Positions 16,924-26,888 are shown, counted from the stretch's first letter. The stretch: 62,722 nt of DNA from a virus (IMGVR_UViG_3300005826_000008:1-62722), one strand, 5' to 3'. The notes: a model not told the origin generated them from the letters alone. Translations and numbers: made by a program.

Positions 16924-18093
16924 ATGAACAAGACACATGTGAATGTTGGAACAATCGGTCACGTAGATCATGGCAAAACAACATTAACTGCGGCTATACT
17001 TGCAGTACAGTCGCAAGTTGGATTAGCGAGGGTTAAGTCGTATGCGGATATTGCAAAGGGCGGAACAGTCAGAGATGAGAATAAGACTGTTACAATTGCA
17101 GTTTCGCATGTCGAATATGAATCTGATGCTCGTCATTATGCTCACATCGATTGTCCGGGACATGCCGACTACATTAAGAACATGATTACTGGTGCTGCTC
17201 AAATGGATGGCGCTGTATTGTTGGTAGATGGTAGTCAAGGTCCACAACATCAAACAAAAGAACACATTCTACTTGCTCGTCAAGTTGGTGTGGAAAAGAT
17301 TGTTGTGTTTATTAATAAGATAGATGTTTCTGATCCAGAGCTTCTTGAGCTTGTAGTAATTGAAACATCTGAATATCTTGAGGCACAAGGCTACGGAGAT
17401 TCTCCTATTGTTATGGGTTCCGCACTTAAAGCATTGCGTGATCCGGTTAATGAGGGGCAATGCATCAAGGATTTGATTGCAGCTATTGATTCTCATATTC
17501 CGGATCCAAAGCGTGATTTTGAGTCTCCTTTTATGCTTCCTATTGAAGGGGTGCATACAATTGAAGGGCGCGGAACAGTTGTTACTGGAAGGATAGCTCG
17601 TGGAGTTCTTCCTGTTGGTTCTAAGGTTGAGATTATTGGTCTTGTAGATGAAGACTCAAAACCAAGAGTTGTAGTTGTAACAGGTATCCAAATGTTTCAT
17701 AAGGATCAAAAAGAAGCTAGAGCGGGTGAAAATTGTGGACTTTTGCTTCGTGGAGTTAAGAGGGACGAGGTAGTTCGTGGGCAAGTATTAATTGCTCCAG
17801 GTTCTGTTAGCCCAAAGACTAAAGCGAGAGCAGAGTTGTTTATGATTCCAGGAAAAGAAGGTGGTAGACATACTCCAATTTTCCCAGGTTATAAACCACA
17901 ATTCTTTTTTGGAACAACTGATGTTACAGGGGCAGTGACTAACTTTGGTGAATTGAAAATGCTTTCTCCTGGAGAGCACGCTGAAGTTAGTCTCGAACTT
18001 CTAAAACCTGTTGGAATGGAAGCTGGAATGAGGTTTGCTGTTCGTGAAGGCGGACAGACTGTTGCAGCAGGTATAGTTGTGAGTGTTGAGTAA
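16924..18093 (+). CDS. tuf: elongation factor Tu (divergent switch I)
   Basis: NVGTIGHVDHGKTT, HIDCPGHADYIKNMITGAAQMDGA, NKID, GGRHTP, RFAVREGGQTV. Confidence 0.95.
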   Translation: MNKTHVNVGTIGHVDHGKTTLTAAILAVQSQVGLARVKSYADIAKGGTVRDENKTVTIAVSHVEYESDARHYAHIDCPGHADYIKNMITGAAQMDGAVLLVDGSQGPQHQTKEHILLARQVGVEKIVVFINKIDVSDPELLELVVIETSEYLEAQGYGDSPIVMGSALKALRDPVNEGQCIKDLIAAIDSHIPDPKRDFESPFMLPIEGVHTIEGRGTVVTGRIARGVLPVGSKVEIIGLVDEDSKPRVVVVTGIQMFHKDQKEARAGENCGLLLRGVKRDEVVRGQVLIAPGSVSPKTKARAELFMIPGKEGGRHTPIFPGYKPQFFFGTTDVTGAVTNFGELKMLSPGEHAEVSLELLKPVGMEAGMRFAVREGGQTVAAGIVVSVE

Positions 18094-18226
18094 TTCCTGT
18101 TCTGATCAAGCAGGTGATCCAGTTGTATGTTGTAAGTTTGCAATAAGACTATGACTCGATGACTAGGTAGAGAGAGGATGAGATCGTTTTTGCGCGCTCC
18201 TCAACGGACTTAGTGCAACTGGAAAT

Positions 18227-18301
18227 GGGATCGTGGCGCAATGGTAGCGCAGTTGGCTTTTAACCAATTGGTTCTCGGTTCGAGTCCGAGCGGTCCCACC
18301 A
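18227..18301 (+). tRNA. tRNA-Lys(TTT)
   Basis: canonical cloverleaf, ACCA. Confidence 0.93.
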
Positions 18302-18488
18302 AAAACGAATGAAGTTAGGATTACATTACAATACTGACCCTAAGGTAGTCGACAGTTTCGCGAGGAACTGCACGATGGCGCTATGAGAGTTATTGACTTG
18401 ATTAGTGCGGGGCGAACTAGGGAAGCTCTTACAAAAGAGCCCTTAATGTGCCGGTCACACACGTATCTTAGCGATCTCTTGTCGTTTT
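18302..18488 (+). ncRNA. Y RNA-like copy Y12 (GC-rich non-tRNA multi-hairpin cargo)
   Basis: AAAACGA/TCGTTTT; ATGAAGTTAGGATTACATT; GTTAGGAT/ATCTTAGC; inner TGACC/GGTCA. Confidence 0.8.
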
Positions 18489-18491
18489 AAT

Positions 18492-18575
18492 GGGTTCTTC
18501 GCCTAATGGTATGGCACCTGGCTCTTAACCAGACGCAGAAATGCATTGGGGGTTCGACTCCCCCAGGACCCACCA
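18492..18575 (+). tRNA. tRNA-Lys(CTT) with long variable arm
   Basis: CTGG-CTCTTAA-CCAG; GCA-GAAA-TGC; ACCA. Confidence 0.82.
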
Positions 18576-19625
18576 TTAAAAGGATTAAATTAAATGAATA
18601 AAGAAGAGTTAATAAAATGTTTGAAGGAAGTAGTTTCTTCAAATATAGAAACACCAATTATTAAATTACATGAAAATAGTGATCATATTTGTTTGACGAT
18701 TAGTCAAATGTATGAATATATTGATGTTAATTTCGCTTTGTTAGAAAAGATATCACATATATTCAATACCAAAAAAATTAATATTGGTGATAAGGATTAT
18801 ATAAGTGGGTGTGAAACATGTGATTATGGATCCGAATATTATGTTTAAATATATATTTTTGATTCAGGAATTAAAATAGATTGAATGTTCTATGGAATTC
18901 TTGGATATTGTTAAATTAATTGATAAGTTTAATGCTCTTGAAGCTTATGGCAGAAGAGATTTGATTAAGCAATATATCAAAGATGAATTTTTATCGAATG
19001 GTGAAATGATTGATGCTTTGATCTATATTGCAAAGATGCCTTTGACTGAACAATTTTATTGGCATAAGTTCGTGAAGAATTACATATCAACATTAGTTAA
19101 TTTTAGTTAAAATGAAATCTAAAGATATTCTTATATTAGATGAAAGTTCTCCTATTTATGGTAAGATATTAACTTTTTCTTTTATTGAGCAAAAGAAAAT
19201 ATCTCCTGGTTGTTTCATTTGGGTAGCTCGTTATGATAATGGTTTATATTGGCGCTCTGATTATTCTTTAAAAAAGCATATAAAAGAAAATAAATGGATA
19301 GAGATTACTAAAAAGAATAAAGATAAATGGGAAAAATTAATTCCTTTTATATAAAATATCATAAAATGAAGCCTAGAGATAAAAAGAAAATATTGGAGTG
19401 TTAAATGCGTAATAATCGTTATGTTAATTTAATTGATTGGTTTTATTCAACAGATTATAGCATTCATATAACGAAGTCTAATAAGGGAAAGAATGGTGGG
19501 CATGATATTAGAGGTTCGCTTATTAGTGATGATGGTGAATGCTTTTTAGCTATTGGTTGTGATGAGATTGATGTTATTAGAACATTGAAGGCGATGGTTG
19601 AGGGAAATTATAAAAATAACCGGGG

Positions 19626-19653
19626 TTGACATCATTTTTTATAGATTTAGATT
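19626..19653 (+). promoter_or_regulatory. sigma70-like promoter
   Basis: GGGG-TTGACA-N16-TAGATT. Confidence 0.5.
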
Positions 19654-19777
19654 GGTGGTATGGTTAGACATAATGTGTGGATAATTGATTTTATAATGCA
19701 TTACCATGCGTCGATTATGGCGTAATTAACGGGATTACTTAAGATATATCTATCTTTTAATTTTCCGGAGGTTTATT

Positions 19778-20581
19778 ATGAGTAATTTTGATTGTTTGAA
19801 GAATATTATTATTAACTCTGAGTATGATACGAATAGTGCTGGCTGGTATTATAGGCTAATTAAAATGCCTCTTTTGCATGCAAATCCTAATTTAAATCCA
19901 CGTTGTTTGGATTCAAAAACGGGAAATGCTTTTGCTAAGATAGCGAAAAATTTGGTAAGATCTAAATATAATGATGAAGATAATGGCAAGAATACTTTAC
20001 CGCCAGTAATTCCGGGATTGGGATGTCCAAAAGATCTTGATTTATCAAAATATAAATCAACGGACAATGACCAAGTTATTGTTACCTCATTAAATGAAAG
20101 AAAAGTTCTTGAAGTTTTTTCAAATCTTTTAGATAAGAATAAAACAAAGAAACTATCAAGAAAGATCCAACAAGATTTGTTTAATGAAATTCAGTCCAAT
20201 TTATCTAACTACCTTAATGATACCTTATCCTCATATAAGGTTGATTTGGTTATTAATGTAAATAATTCTCTATTAGAGGTTTATGAACTGAAGTTGGGTG
20301 GAAACTTGGATGCTCCGAAAGCAAGAAAGACTGTTGATGAGTTAGTATTTAGGGCTATAGCATTATCCAGTTATCATAATAGTTTGCCTAGAGTATATTT
20401 TGGAGTTTTCTCTTCCGACATAAAAGTAAAGAAAAATGGCGACTGGTCTGGTGCAGTTGGAAGTTTGTTTGATAAAGAATTTGTATTAATAGAGGATGAT
20501 CTAGTATCAAATATATCGAACATATCAATGGCTGATTTTGTAGATAATTGTATTGCTGTTCTTAACTTAAAGGCTGATTAA
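19778..20581 (+). CDS. putative type II restriction endonuclease
   Basis: VDL...YELKLGGNLD PD-(D/E)xK pattern; adjacent to a methylase. Confidence 0.55.
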   Translation: MSNFDCLKNIIINSEYDTNSAGWYYRLIKMPLLHANPNLNPRCLDSKTGNAFAKIAKNLVRSKYNDEDNGKNTLPPVIPGLGCPKDLDLSKYKSTDNDQVIVTSLNERKVLEVFSNLLDKNKTKKLSRKIQQDLFNEIQSNLSNYLNDTLSSYKVDLVINVNNSLLEVYELKLGGNLDAPKARKTVDELVFRAIALSSYHNSLPRVYFGVFSSDIKVKKNGDWSGAVGSLFDKEFVLIEDDLVSNISNISMADFVDNCIAVLNLKAD

Positions 20582-20606
20582 AAATCCTTATTAAGGAAGT
20601 GTTTAT

Positions 20607-21686
20607 ATGTGTTTCAAACAAAAAGTTTTAAAGCCTCTGTTGAAGTGGCCAGGTGGTAAGCGTTCTGAACTCTCTCTTATAAGAGAGAGTTACCAACATA
20701 CAATACCAAAGACTATCGACAAATACGTTGAGCCATTTGTTGGTGGCGGTGCATTTTGGTTAGGTTTAGAAGCCAACTCGTATATTGTGAATGATATATC
20801 TAATGATTTAATTAATCTTTATAGTGTTGTAAAGAACAAAGATAAGAGTTTTATCGAATCTATTCTTGCTGTTAATCTTAGTTGGAATGAGTTGAGAGAT
20901 TTAACAGAAGCTAATTATTCTGGTTTGTATAATGAAACAATATCAGTAACTGATATTATGAAGGATTTGAGTTTATCTGTTGGTGGTATTGATTTATTTA
21001 ATACTTATTTCATTAAGGGTTTTAAGACTAAATTAAGAAATATAAAAACACATGAAGCAAAGAGTGGGAAATTATCTAATGATGATTTAAAGGATAATAT
21101 TGAGTGTGCTTTGAAAAGTGGATTATATACATCTATCAGATCCTTATATAATTCAAGGAAGAAGATGGATGGTATAAAAGCAATGAGCTTTTTATTCATG
21201 AGGGAGTATTGTTTTTCATCTATGTTTAGATTTAATCCTAAAGGAGACTTCAATGTCCCTTATGGCGGAATTTCTTATAATAAGAAATATCCAGCGAGAA
21301 CACTTGATTACTTCATGAGTGATGAGTTATCTATTCATATGAATAAAACTTCTTTTTATAATGAAGATTTTCAATCTTTTGTTTCTAAGCTAATTCTTGG
21401 CAAGAATGATTTTATGTTTATAGACCCTCCTTATGATACGACATTTAGTTCCTATGATAATAGAGAGTTTGTTAATGAGGATCAAGAGAGGTTAGCTTGG
21501 TATTTATTGAATGAGTGTAAATGTAATTTCCTTTCAATATTTAAGGAAACAGATTTCATTCGTTCTTTATATGAAAACAAAAAGTCACATGTTAAATGTG
21601 AAACATTTGATAAAACATATCAAGTGAGCTTTAGAGATAGGAATGATAAAGGAGTGAATCATTTAATCGTTTATTCAGTCTTATAA
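20607..21686 (+). CDS. DNA adenine methyltransferase (Dam/D12 class)
   Basis: LKWPGGK, EPFVGGGA, FRFNPKGDFNVPYG, DPPY. Confidence 0.92.
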   Translation: MCFKQKVLKPLLKWPGGKRSELSLIRESYQHTIPKTIDKYVEPFVGGGAFWLGLEANSYIVNDISNDLINLYSVVKNKDKSFIESILAVNLSWNELRDLTEANYSGLYNETISVTDIMKDLSLSVGGIDLFNTYFIKGFKTKLRNIKTHEAKSGKLSNDDLKDNIECALKSGLYTSIRSLYNSRKKMDGIKAMSFLFMREYCFSSMFRFNPKGDFNVPYGGISYNKKYPARTLDYFMSDELSIHMNKTSFYNEDFQSFVSKLILGKNDFMFIDPPYDTTFSSYDNREFVNEDQERLAWYLLNECKCNFLSIFKETDFIRSLYENKKSHVKCETFDKTYQVSFRDRNDKGVNHLIVYSVL

Positions 21687-21693
21687 TATAAGA

Positions 21694-21760
21694 AGGCAAA
21701 TGCGAGTGGGAATACATTTAACTGCTAATTAAAAACGATTCTCATTCATTTTTGTTGCCT
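21694..21760 (+). ncRNA. Y RNA-like copy Y13 (minimal; perfect Ser GCT anticodon stem-loop)
   Basis: AGGCAA/TTGCCT; GAGTGGGAAT/ATTCTCATTC; TTTAA-CTGCTAA-TTAAA. Confidence 0.82.
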
Positions 21761-21763
21761 AAA

Positions 21764-21848
21764 CGGACGAGCATGTTGGCTGGTCGCGCTGACGCATGTC
21801 TTATAAACATGTATTGAGCATGAGGTTCAATTCCTCCTCGTCCGACCA
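21764..21848 (+). tRNA. tRNA-Ile(TAT)
   Basis: CGGACGA/TCGTCCG + ACCA; CATGT-CTTATAA-ACATG. Confidence 0.75.
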
Positions 21849-21862
21849 GGAGAAATACAAAG

Positions 21863-22153
21863 ATGTTATCAAAAGATAATATAAAGCGTGAGATTGCATT
21901 ATTTGCAAGAGAGAATGCATGTAAAGTACATAGCCAGTTTTATTTTGATCCTGAAACTGAAGCTGAGGCAAAAAAAGAAATAAGTGATGCTGTAAACAAT
22001 CCAGACAGCTGGATACTTATTGATACTGATCGTTTTGACGGTAAAATTGAAATGTGTTTTGATTGTGAGCCTCTTGATGATCAATTAAGGGCTTATGTTA
22101 CTTTGGGTAGTGCACGAGAAAGTGTTTTGCATATAGAAGTAATTGGTGAATGA
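21863..22153 (+). CDS. hypothetical protein
   Basis: GGAG RBS. Confidence 0.6.
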   Translation: MLSKDNIKREIALFARENACKVHSQFYFDPETEAEAKKEISDAVNNPDSWILIDTDRFDGKIEMCFDCEPLDDQLRAYVTLGSARESVLHIEVIGE

Positions 22154-22154
22154 T

Positions 22155-22742
22155 ATGTCATTGAAATTGGCGTTATTATCTGTCAGTGATAAAACTGGAT
22201 TGATTCCTTTTGCAAAAGGAATTGTTGAAGAAGGCTTTACTATATTGTCAACAGGAGGTACTGCAAAAGCTTTGAAAGAAGCAGGCATTCCTGTTACTTT
22301 AGTTGAAGAATATACTGCTAGCCCAGAAGTAATGGGAGGTAGAGTTAAGACACTTCATCCAGCAATTCATGGTGGACTTCTTGCTAGAAAAGACGTGGAT
22401 GATGCTGATCTAATTCGTATCTATGCGGAGTATATAGATTTAGTTGTAGTTAATTTGTATCCTTTTGAGTACACGGTTACTAAGCCTGGAGTTACTATGG
22501 TTGAAGCAATAGAGAACATTGACATTGGTGGACCATCAATGCTTCGAAGCGCAGCAAAAAATCATGAACGAGTTACAGTTGTTTGTGACCCTTCAGATTA
22601 TGATAGGGTCTTGGAAGAATTGCGGTGGGGAGAAGTATCACCTGATTTTCGTTTAGAATTAGCAATTAAAGTATTTAATAGGACATCTTATTATGATTCA
22701 GTAATTGCAGATTTCTTATGGCACTGTAAGATGTATTGCTAA
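22155..22742 (+). CDS. purH: IMP cyclohydrolase (PurH N-terminal domain only)
   Basis: LSVSDKTG, STGGT, GGRVKTLHP, VNLYPF, IENIDIGGPSMLRSAAKNH; ends before the AICAR transformylase domain. Confidence 0.88.
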   Translation: MSLKLALLSVSDKTGLIPFAKGIVEEGFTILSTGGTAKALKEAGIPVTLVEEYTASPEVMGGRVKTLHPAIHGGLLARKDVDDADLIRIYAEYIDLVVVNLYPFEYTVTKPGVTMVEAIENIDIGGPSMLRSAAKNHERVTVVCDPSDYDRVLEELRWGEVSPDFRLELAIKVFNRTSYYDSVIADFLWHCKMYC

Positions 22743-22808
22743 AATGTTTGTTGAATTTGTTATATAACAAATGAATGTGTTAGAACGTAAATGGTTAGCG
22801 GACTGATT

Positions 22809-22882
22809 GTGTCAGAAGGCAAATGGTTAGCCGTGCGAATGTGGCTCGCAAGTAGTCGGTTCGATTCCGACCTGACACTCCA
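22809..22882 (+). tRNA. tRNA-His(GTG), preceded by a duplicated 5' half
   Basis: GTGTCAG/CTGACAC + TCCA; TGCGA-ATGTGGC-TCGCA. Confidence 0.78.
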
Positions 22883-22969
22883 TTAGATTGATTGGTGGGT
22901 TTGAGTCCTTAGCCTCAGCGCCAAACGCCTTGGTAAAGCATGTGTGAAAATGTCAAGTCAATCTAATAT

Positions 22970-23046
22970 GGTTCCTTAGCTCAGTTGGGAGAGCAACGGA
23001 TTGAAGATCCGTGTTAGCGTCGGTTCAAACCCGACAGGAACCACCA
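22970..23046 (+). tRNA. tRNA-Phe(GAA)
   Basis: ACGGA-TTGAAGA-TCCGT, ACCA. Confidence 0.88.
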
Positions 23047-23066
23047 TTTAATTAGTGATTATTAAT

Positions 23067-23480
23067 ATGATTTGTCCATTTTGCAATTCTCAGATACCGT
23101 TGGTAGATGTAGTTGAGACAGAGTGGTCTTTAATAAGACCACCAAATGGTATTTGCAGAATTCATAGACCATTCATTGTTGGTGTTCTTAATGAATCAGA
23201 TTCTGGTCATTATGGGTATTGGATTGCGGCAGGTGGTGCTCAGATAATTCTTAATATTGGTAAAGAGCTTACTATAGTTAATAAGTTCAATTCAGTATAT
23301 GAATGCTGTGGAAAAAATTATGCAAAAAATAAATACTATCTTCTTTACAGAGATGGTTGGTGTTATGCTTCAGCTTTCCTTAAGGAAAGATTATATACAA
23401 TCAATTATATGATTGATATCTCCCCTGATAATTTTAATTATATTCTCAAAAGGATGGAAAGGTTAAAGGTATTTTTATGA
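23067..23480 (+). CDS. hypothetical protein, C-terminal RLKVFL
   Basis: N-terminal CPFC. Confidence 0.6.
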   Translation: MICPFCNSQIPLVDVVETEWSLIRPPNGICRIHRPFIVGVLNESDSGHYGYWIAAGGAQIILNIGKELTIVNKFNSVYECCGKNYAKNKYYLLYRDGWCYASAFLKERLYTINYMIDISPDNFNYILKRMERLKVFL

Positions 23481-23603
23481 GGATTGCCAGTGAAGAATTG
23501 GATAAAGAGAAATTTGATGAGCTTTTTGATAAGATTGTAGAAAGATTAAAAGAAAAAGGTATAATCTCAGAAGATGATCCATATCATTATTTAATAAGTT
23601 AAC

Positions 23604-23677
23604 CGGGTAGGACGGTGTGGTTTCACCTAACCTCTCTGATAAAGAGGTTGTTAGGAGTTCAATTCTCCTCTGCCCGA
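23604..23677 (+). tRNA. tRNA-Ile(GAT), atypical D arm
   Basis: CGGGTAG/CTGCCCG; CCTCT-CTGATAA-AGAGG. Confidence 0.7.
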
Positions 23678-23704
23678 TCATTTATATATTCAAAGGAAAT
23701 TAAT

Positions 23705-24055
23705 ATGCACAGTGAAATAAGTAAGAGTATAATTTGGTATTTTGCGTTATTTCTTTTTCTAGGAATTGTTGCAACATCTGTAACATTAGCGATACAACCA
23801 ACATGGCTTGGTTTTGAACATAAATCATTTGTTGAGAGCCATCAATATATTGAGGCAAGAAAGACAGAAGTAGCAAATGATATTGAAAAATATTATGAGC
23901 TTTCGGCTAGGATTAAACTGTATGAAAGAGAAGGCAATTACAAAGTTGCTGAAGCATTAGAGATGCAACAGCGTGCACTTGGTAGAAAAATCAAGAAGGC
24001 ATTAAATCAGATTCCGGTATCAGAACGACCAGAAGGTTCTGAACAATTTGAATAA
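23705..24055 (+). CDS. membrane-anchored hypothetical protein
   Basis: N-terminal TM helix; AAGGA RBS. Confidence 0.7.
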   Translation: MHSEISKSIIWYFALFLFLGIVATSVTLAIQPTWLGFEHKSFVESHQYIEARKTEVANDIEKYYELSARIKLYEREGNYKVAEALEMQQRALGRKIKKALNQIPVSERPEGSEQFE

Positions 24056-24071
24056 TTGGAGATTTTTAATT

Positions 24072-24662
24072 ATGAATAGTTTGTATAAATTTGGTTTGGC
24101 GGCGGTAGCAGTAACGTGTTTGATGGCAAGTAATTGTGATGAAAAGAGAACTTCAAGTTCAGAAGAAAAAGATAAGAATGTAGTAGAAGCGCAGCAATTA
24201 CTTTATCAAAAGTCACAACCAGTTCCTAAGTTTCAATATTCATTGGAACGGGACGTAGCTATTCAATTATATAAAGCAAGGAATGAACGTGTGACCACTT
24301 GGACAGTATGGCGTTCTGATATGGGTCAAATTGAAGGAGATTGTCCTTCTGTTGGTTATCCGATTCCTTATGATACAAGTTTGACAAATCCATTGCAAAC
24401 TCAAATTTATGGAGGTTACCAATCAATTACTTCTACTGCTGTAGAGCAAGCAGAACCAAATGGACTATTCTCATCGAAGAATAGTATTGCAACATGGGTA
24501 CGTTGTATTACTAAAGTTGGAGATGAAGAGGTTGAAGCTCCAGTGTATGTTGAAAGTAAAGTAACTGCATATCCATTTCCTGTGGATGTGGATTATGAAA
24601 AGAATAGAGTTGTGCCTGTCAAAGCAGGTAAGCCATCGGTCACAATCAAGGTTAATAAGTAA
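24072..24662 (+). CDS. putative lipoprotein
   Basis: signal peptide ending LMASNC; PSVGYPIPY, QAEPNGLF. Confidence 0.7.
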   Translation: MNSLYKFGLAAVAVTCLMASNCDEKRTSSSEEKDKNVVEAQQLLYQKSQPVPKFQYSLERDVAIQLYKARNERVTTWTVWRSDMGQIEGDCPSVGYPIPYDTSLTNPLQTQIYGGYQSITSTAVEQAEPNGLFSSKNSIATWVRCITKVGDEEVEAPVYVESKVTAYPFPVDVDYEKNRVVPVKAGKPSVTIKVNK

Positions 24663-24682
24663 TTTATAACATTCCATAAGGC

Positions 24683-24711
24683 TTGACACGGGCATTATTC
24701 GTAGTTAAGTT
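24683..24711 (+). promoter_or_regulatory. sigma70-like promoter before tRNA-Gln/Y14
   Basis: TTGACA-N17-TAAGTT. Confidence 0.5.
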
Positions 24712-24721
24712 AGTGGAGCAT

Positions 24722-24792
24722 AGGGATGTCGTTCAATGGTAGGACAAGGGATTTTGATTCCCTGAATTAGAGTTCGACTCTCTACATCCCTT
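24722..24792 (+). tRNA. tRNA-Gln(TTG)
   Basis: AGGGA-TTTTGAT-TCCCT; no encoded CCA. Confidence 0.85.
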
Positions 24793-24796
24793 CTAA

Positions 24797-24939
24797 GAAA
24801 CAAATGCTCGATAGGATTACATTTACAATAGCATTCCAAGCCGGAGATGGAGGTCCGATTCCTTCTGCGCGGTTTATATCTGCGCATAGTTTAATGGTAT
24901 GACTCCGTCGTTAAATATCTTGTCACTTCTTGTTGTTTC
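24797..24939 (+). ncRNA. Y RNA-like copy Y14 (permuted tRNA-Gly(TCC)-like)
   Basis: GAAACAA/TTGTTTC; GATAGGAT/ATCTTGTC; GC-ATTCCAA-GCCGG; T-arm; TGCGCGG/CTGCGCA; TAGTTTAATGGTATGACT. Confidence 0.87.
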
Positions 24940-24962
24940 ATTAATATTATTATCATATTGTC

Positions 24963-25292
24963 ATGAATACAGAAAATTCTACATTAGATGGTGATGTTCC
25001 AGATCCTTGCCCTATTTGTGGTAGACCGAATTATCACCCATCAGATCATCATATGGTTCCTAAGTCAAGAGGCGGAAGAGCTACTGAAACTATTTGTGCA
25101 GATTGTCATAGGGCAATTCATTCTTTATTCACCAATAAAGAATTAGAAGAGAAATATAATACTCCAGAGGTTTTGCTTGATAATGAATCTTTTGCGAAGA
25201 TGATTAAGTTTATTTCAAAACAAGATCCTAGAGGTAGAGTTACAACTAAAAAAAGCAAAGACCGAATTAAAAGAGGAAGAGGAAGACCATGA
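24963..25292 (+). CDS. small HNH endonuclease
   Basis: CPICGR...HHMVPKSRGG...CADCHRAIH. Confidence 0.8.
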   Translation: MNTENSTLDGDVPDPCPICGRPNYHPSDHHMVPKSRGGRATETICADCHRAIHSLFTNKELEEKYNTPEVLLDNESFAKMIKFISKQDPRGRVTTKKSKDRIKRGRGRP

Positions 25293-26167
25293 GTAGAGAG
25301 CTGTCTTTAGAAGAGAAAGAGCTCGATATAATTGATGCGTTTAATATATTGGCTATAGAACTTGGATCAAATAATATTTCTAGGATTTCTCAGAATATTG
25401 GGAAGCTGGAATTTCTTATAAATAGTGATATCCTTATTAAAAAGACAAATCATTATGATGAAAAACCTGTTTTTTGTTATGTTGAGATGCCAAAAGGTTT
25501 GGAGAATAATAATATAATTAACGCAAAAGAAATCATTGAAGGTTTAAAAAACAATGAAACCGTTGTTGAATTGCAACTACAACATAATGGTCAGAAAGTC
25601 TCTCCTCTTGATTTAAATGTGCAACTTGATTTTTTCTTGATTAAAAACAAAATTAAGATTAATGAAGTATCACCAGATGACTTTATTGATTCTAATTATA
25701 TTAATCAATTCAATTCATTCAATATGAATTGTTATAAATCTATTCTTGGTATGCTTAGAGAGATTAGAAGAGAGTTAGAGTCTGTGGAGCCGGTGGGTAA
25801 TAAACTTCTGGATAATTTTGATAGAGAAAGGGATCAATTGGTTGATCTTTTTATTAAAGAGCAAAGTGGATTTGTTATGGAGCATTTTCTTAATTATGAA
25901 GCCATGTTAGCAAGAAAAAAGGATAAGGTAATTGATCTATTAAGAAGTCATAGTAGATATTCAAAAATGCTATCTGACATTTATAATAGAAGAGAACAGT
26001 CAGTTAAAAACTTAGTTTCTTTTAGAGTTAAGGAGCTTATTAAGAATTTCAGTTCTTATGATAGGTATTTGTATGTTTTTCCTCTCGGAAGAATTGTTAC
26101 ATTGAAATATATTGTAATGTTTAGTTTGGATGAGATTATGGAAGAAAATGGAGTGAGGATTCTTTAA
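25289..26167 (+). CDS. hypothetical protein
   Basis: 292-aa ORF. Confidence 0.65.
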   Translation: MSRELSLEEKELDIIDAFNILAIELGSNNISRISQNIGKLEFLINSDILIKKTNHYDEKPVFCYVEMPKGLENNNIINAKEIIEGLKNNETVVELQLQHNGQKVSPLDLNVQLDFFLIKNKIKINEVSPDDFIDSNYINQFNSFNMNCYKSILGMLREIRRELESVEPVGNKLLDNFDRERDQLVDLFIKEQSGFVMEHFLNYEAMLARKKDKVIDLLRSHSRYSKMLSDIYNRREQSVKNLVSFRVKELIKNFSSYDRYLYVFPLGRIVTLKYIVMFSLDEIMEENGVRIL

Positions 26168-26168
26168 T

Positions 26169-26888
26169 ATGTCTAAAAAGAAAGTATTAGTTACTGCTGG
26201 TTCTACTAGAGTAATGATTGATCAGGTAAGGTGTATCTCTAATATCTTTGGAGGAAAGACTGGTGAGGTAATTGCTAGGGCTTTTGGAGATAGTTGCTGT
26301 GATGTTACGCTTCTTACTTCAGCAAAAGAATCTTATGTAAGGGATAAAATTAAGTACAATACTTATGATGAGCTTTATGATAATATGGAAAAGCTTATTA
26401 AGACTGGGGATTTTGATGTAGTGATTCATTCTGCAGCGGTTAGTGATTATAAAATCTCAGGTATATTTGAGATTTATAATCAAGAATGTTTTGGAGGAGA
26501 AAGTATTGGGGTTGCTAAGAAATTTAGTCTATCCAAAATTGATTCTTCTACGAAGGTATCCTCATCTAGCCCAGAACTATTTCTTAAATTGGTTCCAACG
26601 GAAAAGATTGTAGATAAGATTCGTGATGAATGGGGGTTCGAAGGAACTCTTGTAAAGTTTAAACTTCAGGTAGGAATATCTGATCAGGAATTAGTAGACA
26701 TAGCGTACAAGAGCATGGTGCATTCTAAAGCAGATCTGATAGTTGCGAATTGTCTTGAATGGTCAGCAGACAGAGCTTTTATATTGAATACTGGTAGGTT
26801 TAATAATATGGAGATAGAAGAAGTTGAAAGGCGTCAACTTGCTCCTGCATTAGTCAAAAGGATAGGTACAACTAGGTTTTCACAATGA
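26169..26888 (+). CDS. coaB: phosphopantothenoylcysteine synthetase-like (CoaB)
   Basis: VLVTAGST, IDQVRCISN, HSAAVSDY, LVKFKL, IVAN. Confidence 0.8.
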   Translation: MSKKKVLVTAGSTRVMIDQVRCISNIFGGKTGEVIARAFGDSCCDVTLLTSAKESYVRDKIKYNTYDELYDNMEKLIKTGDFDVVIHSAAVSDYKISGIFEIYNQECFGGESIGVAKKFSLSKIDSSTKVSSSSPELFLKLVPTEKIVDKIRDEWGFEGTLVKFKLQVGISDQELVDIAYKSMVHSKADLIVANCLEWSADRAFILNTGRFNNMEIEEVERRQLAPALVKRIGTTRFSQ

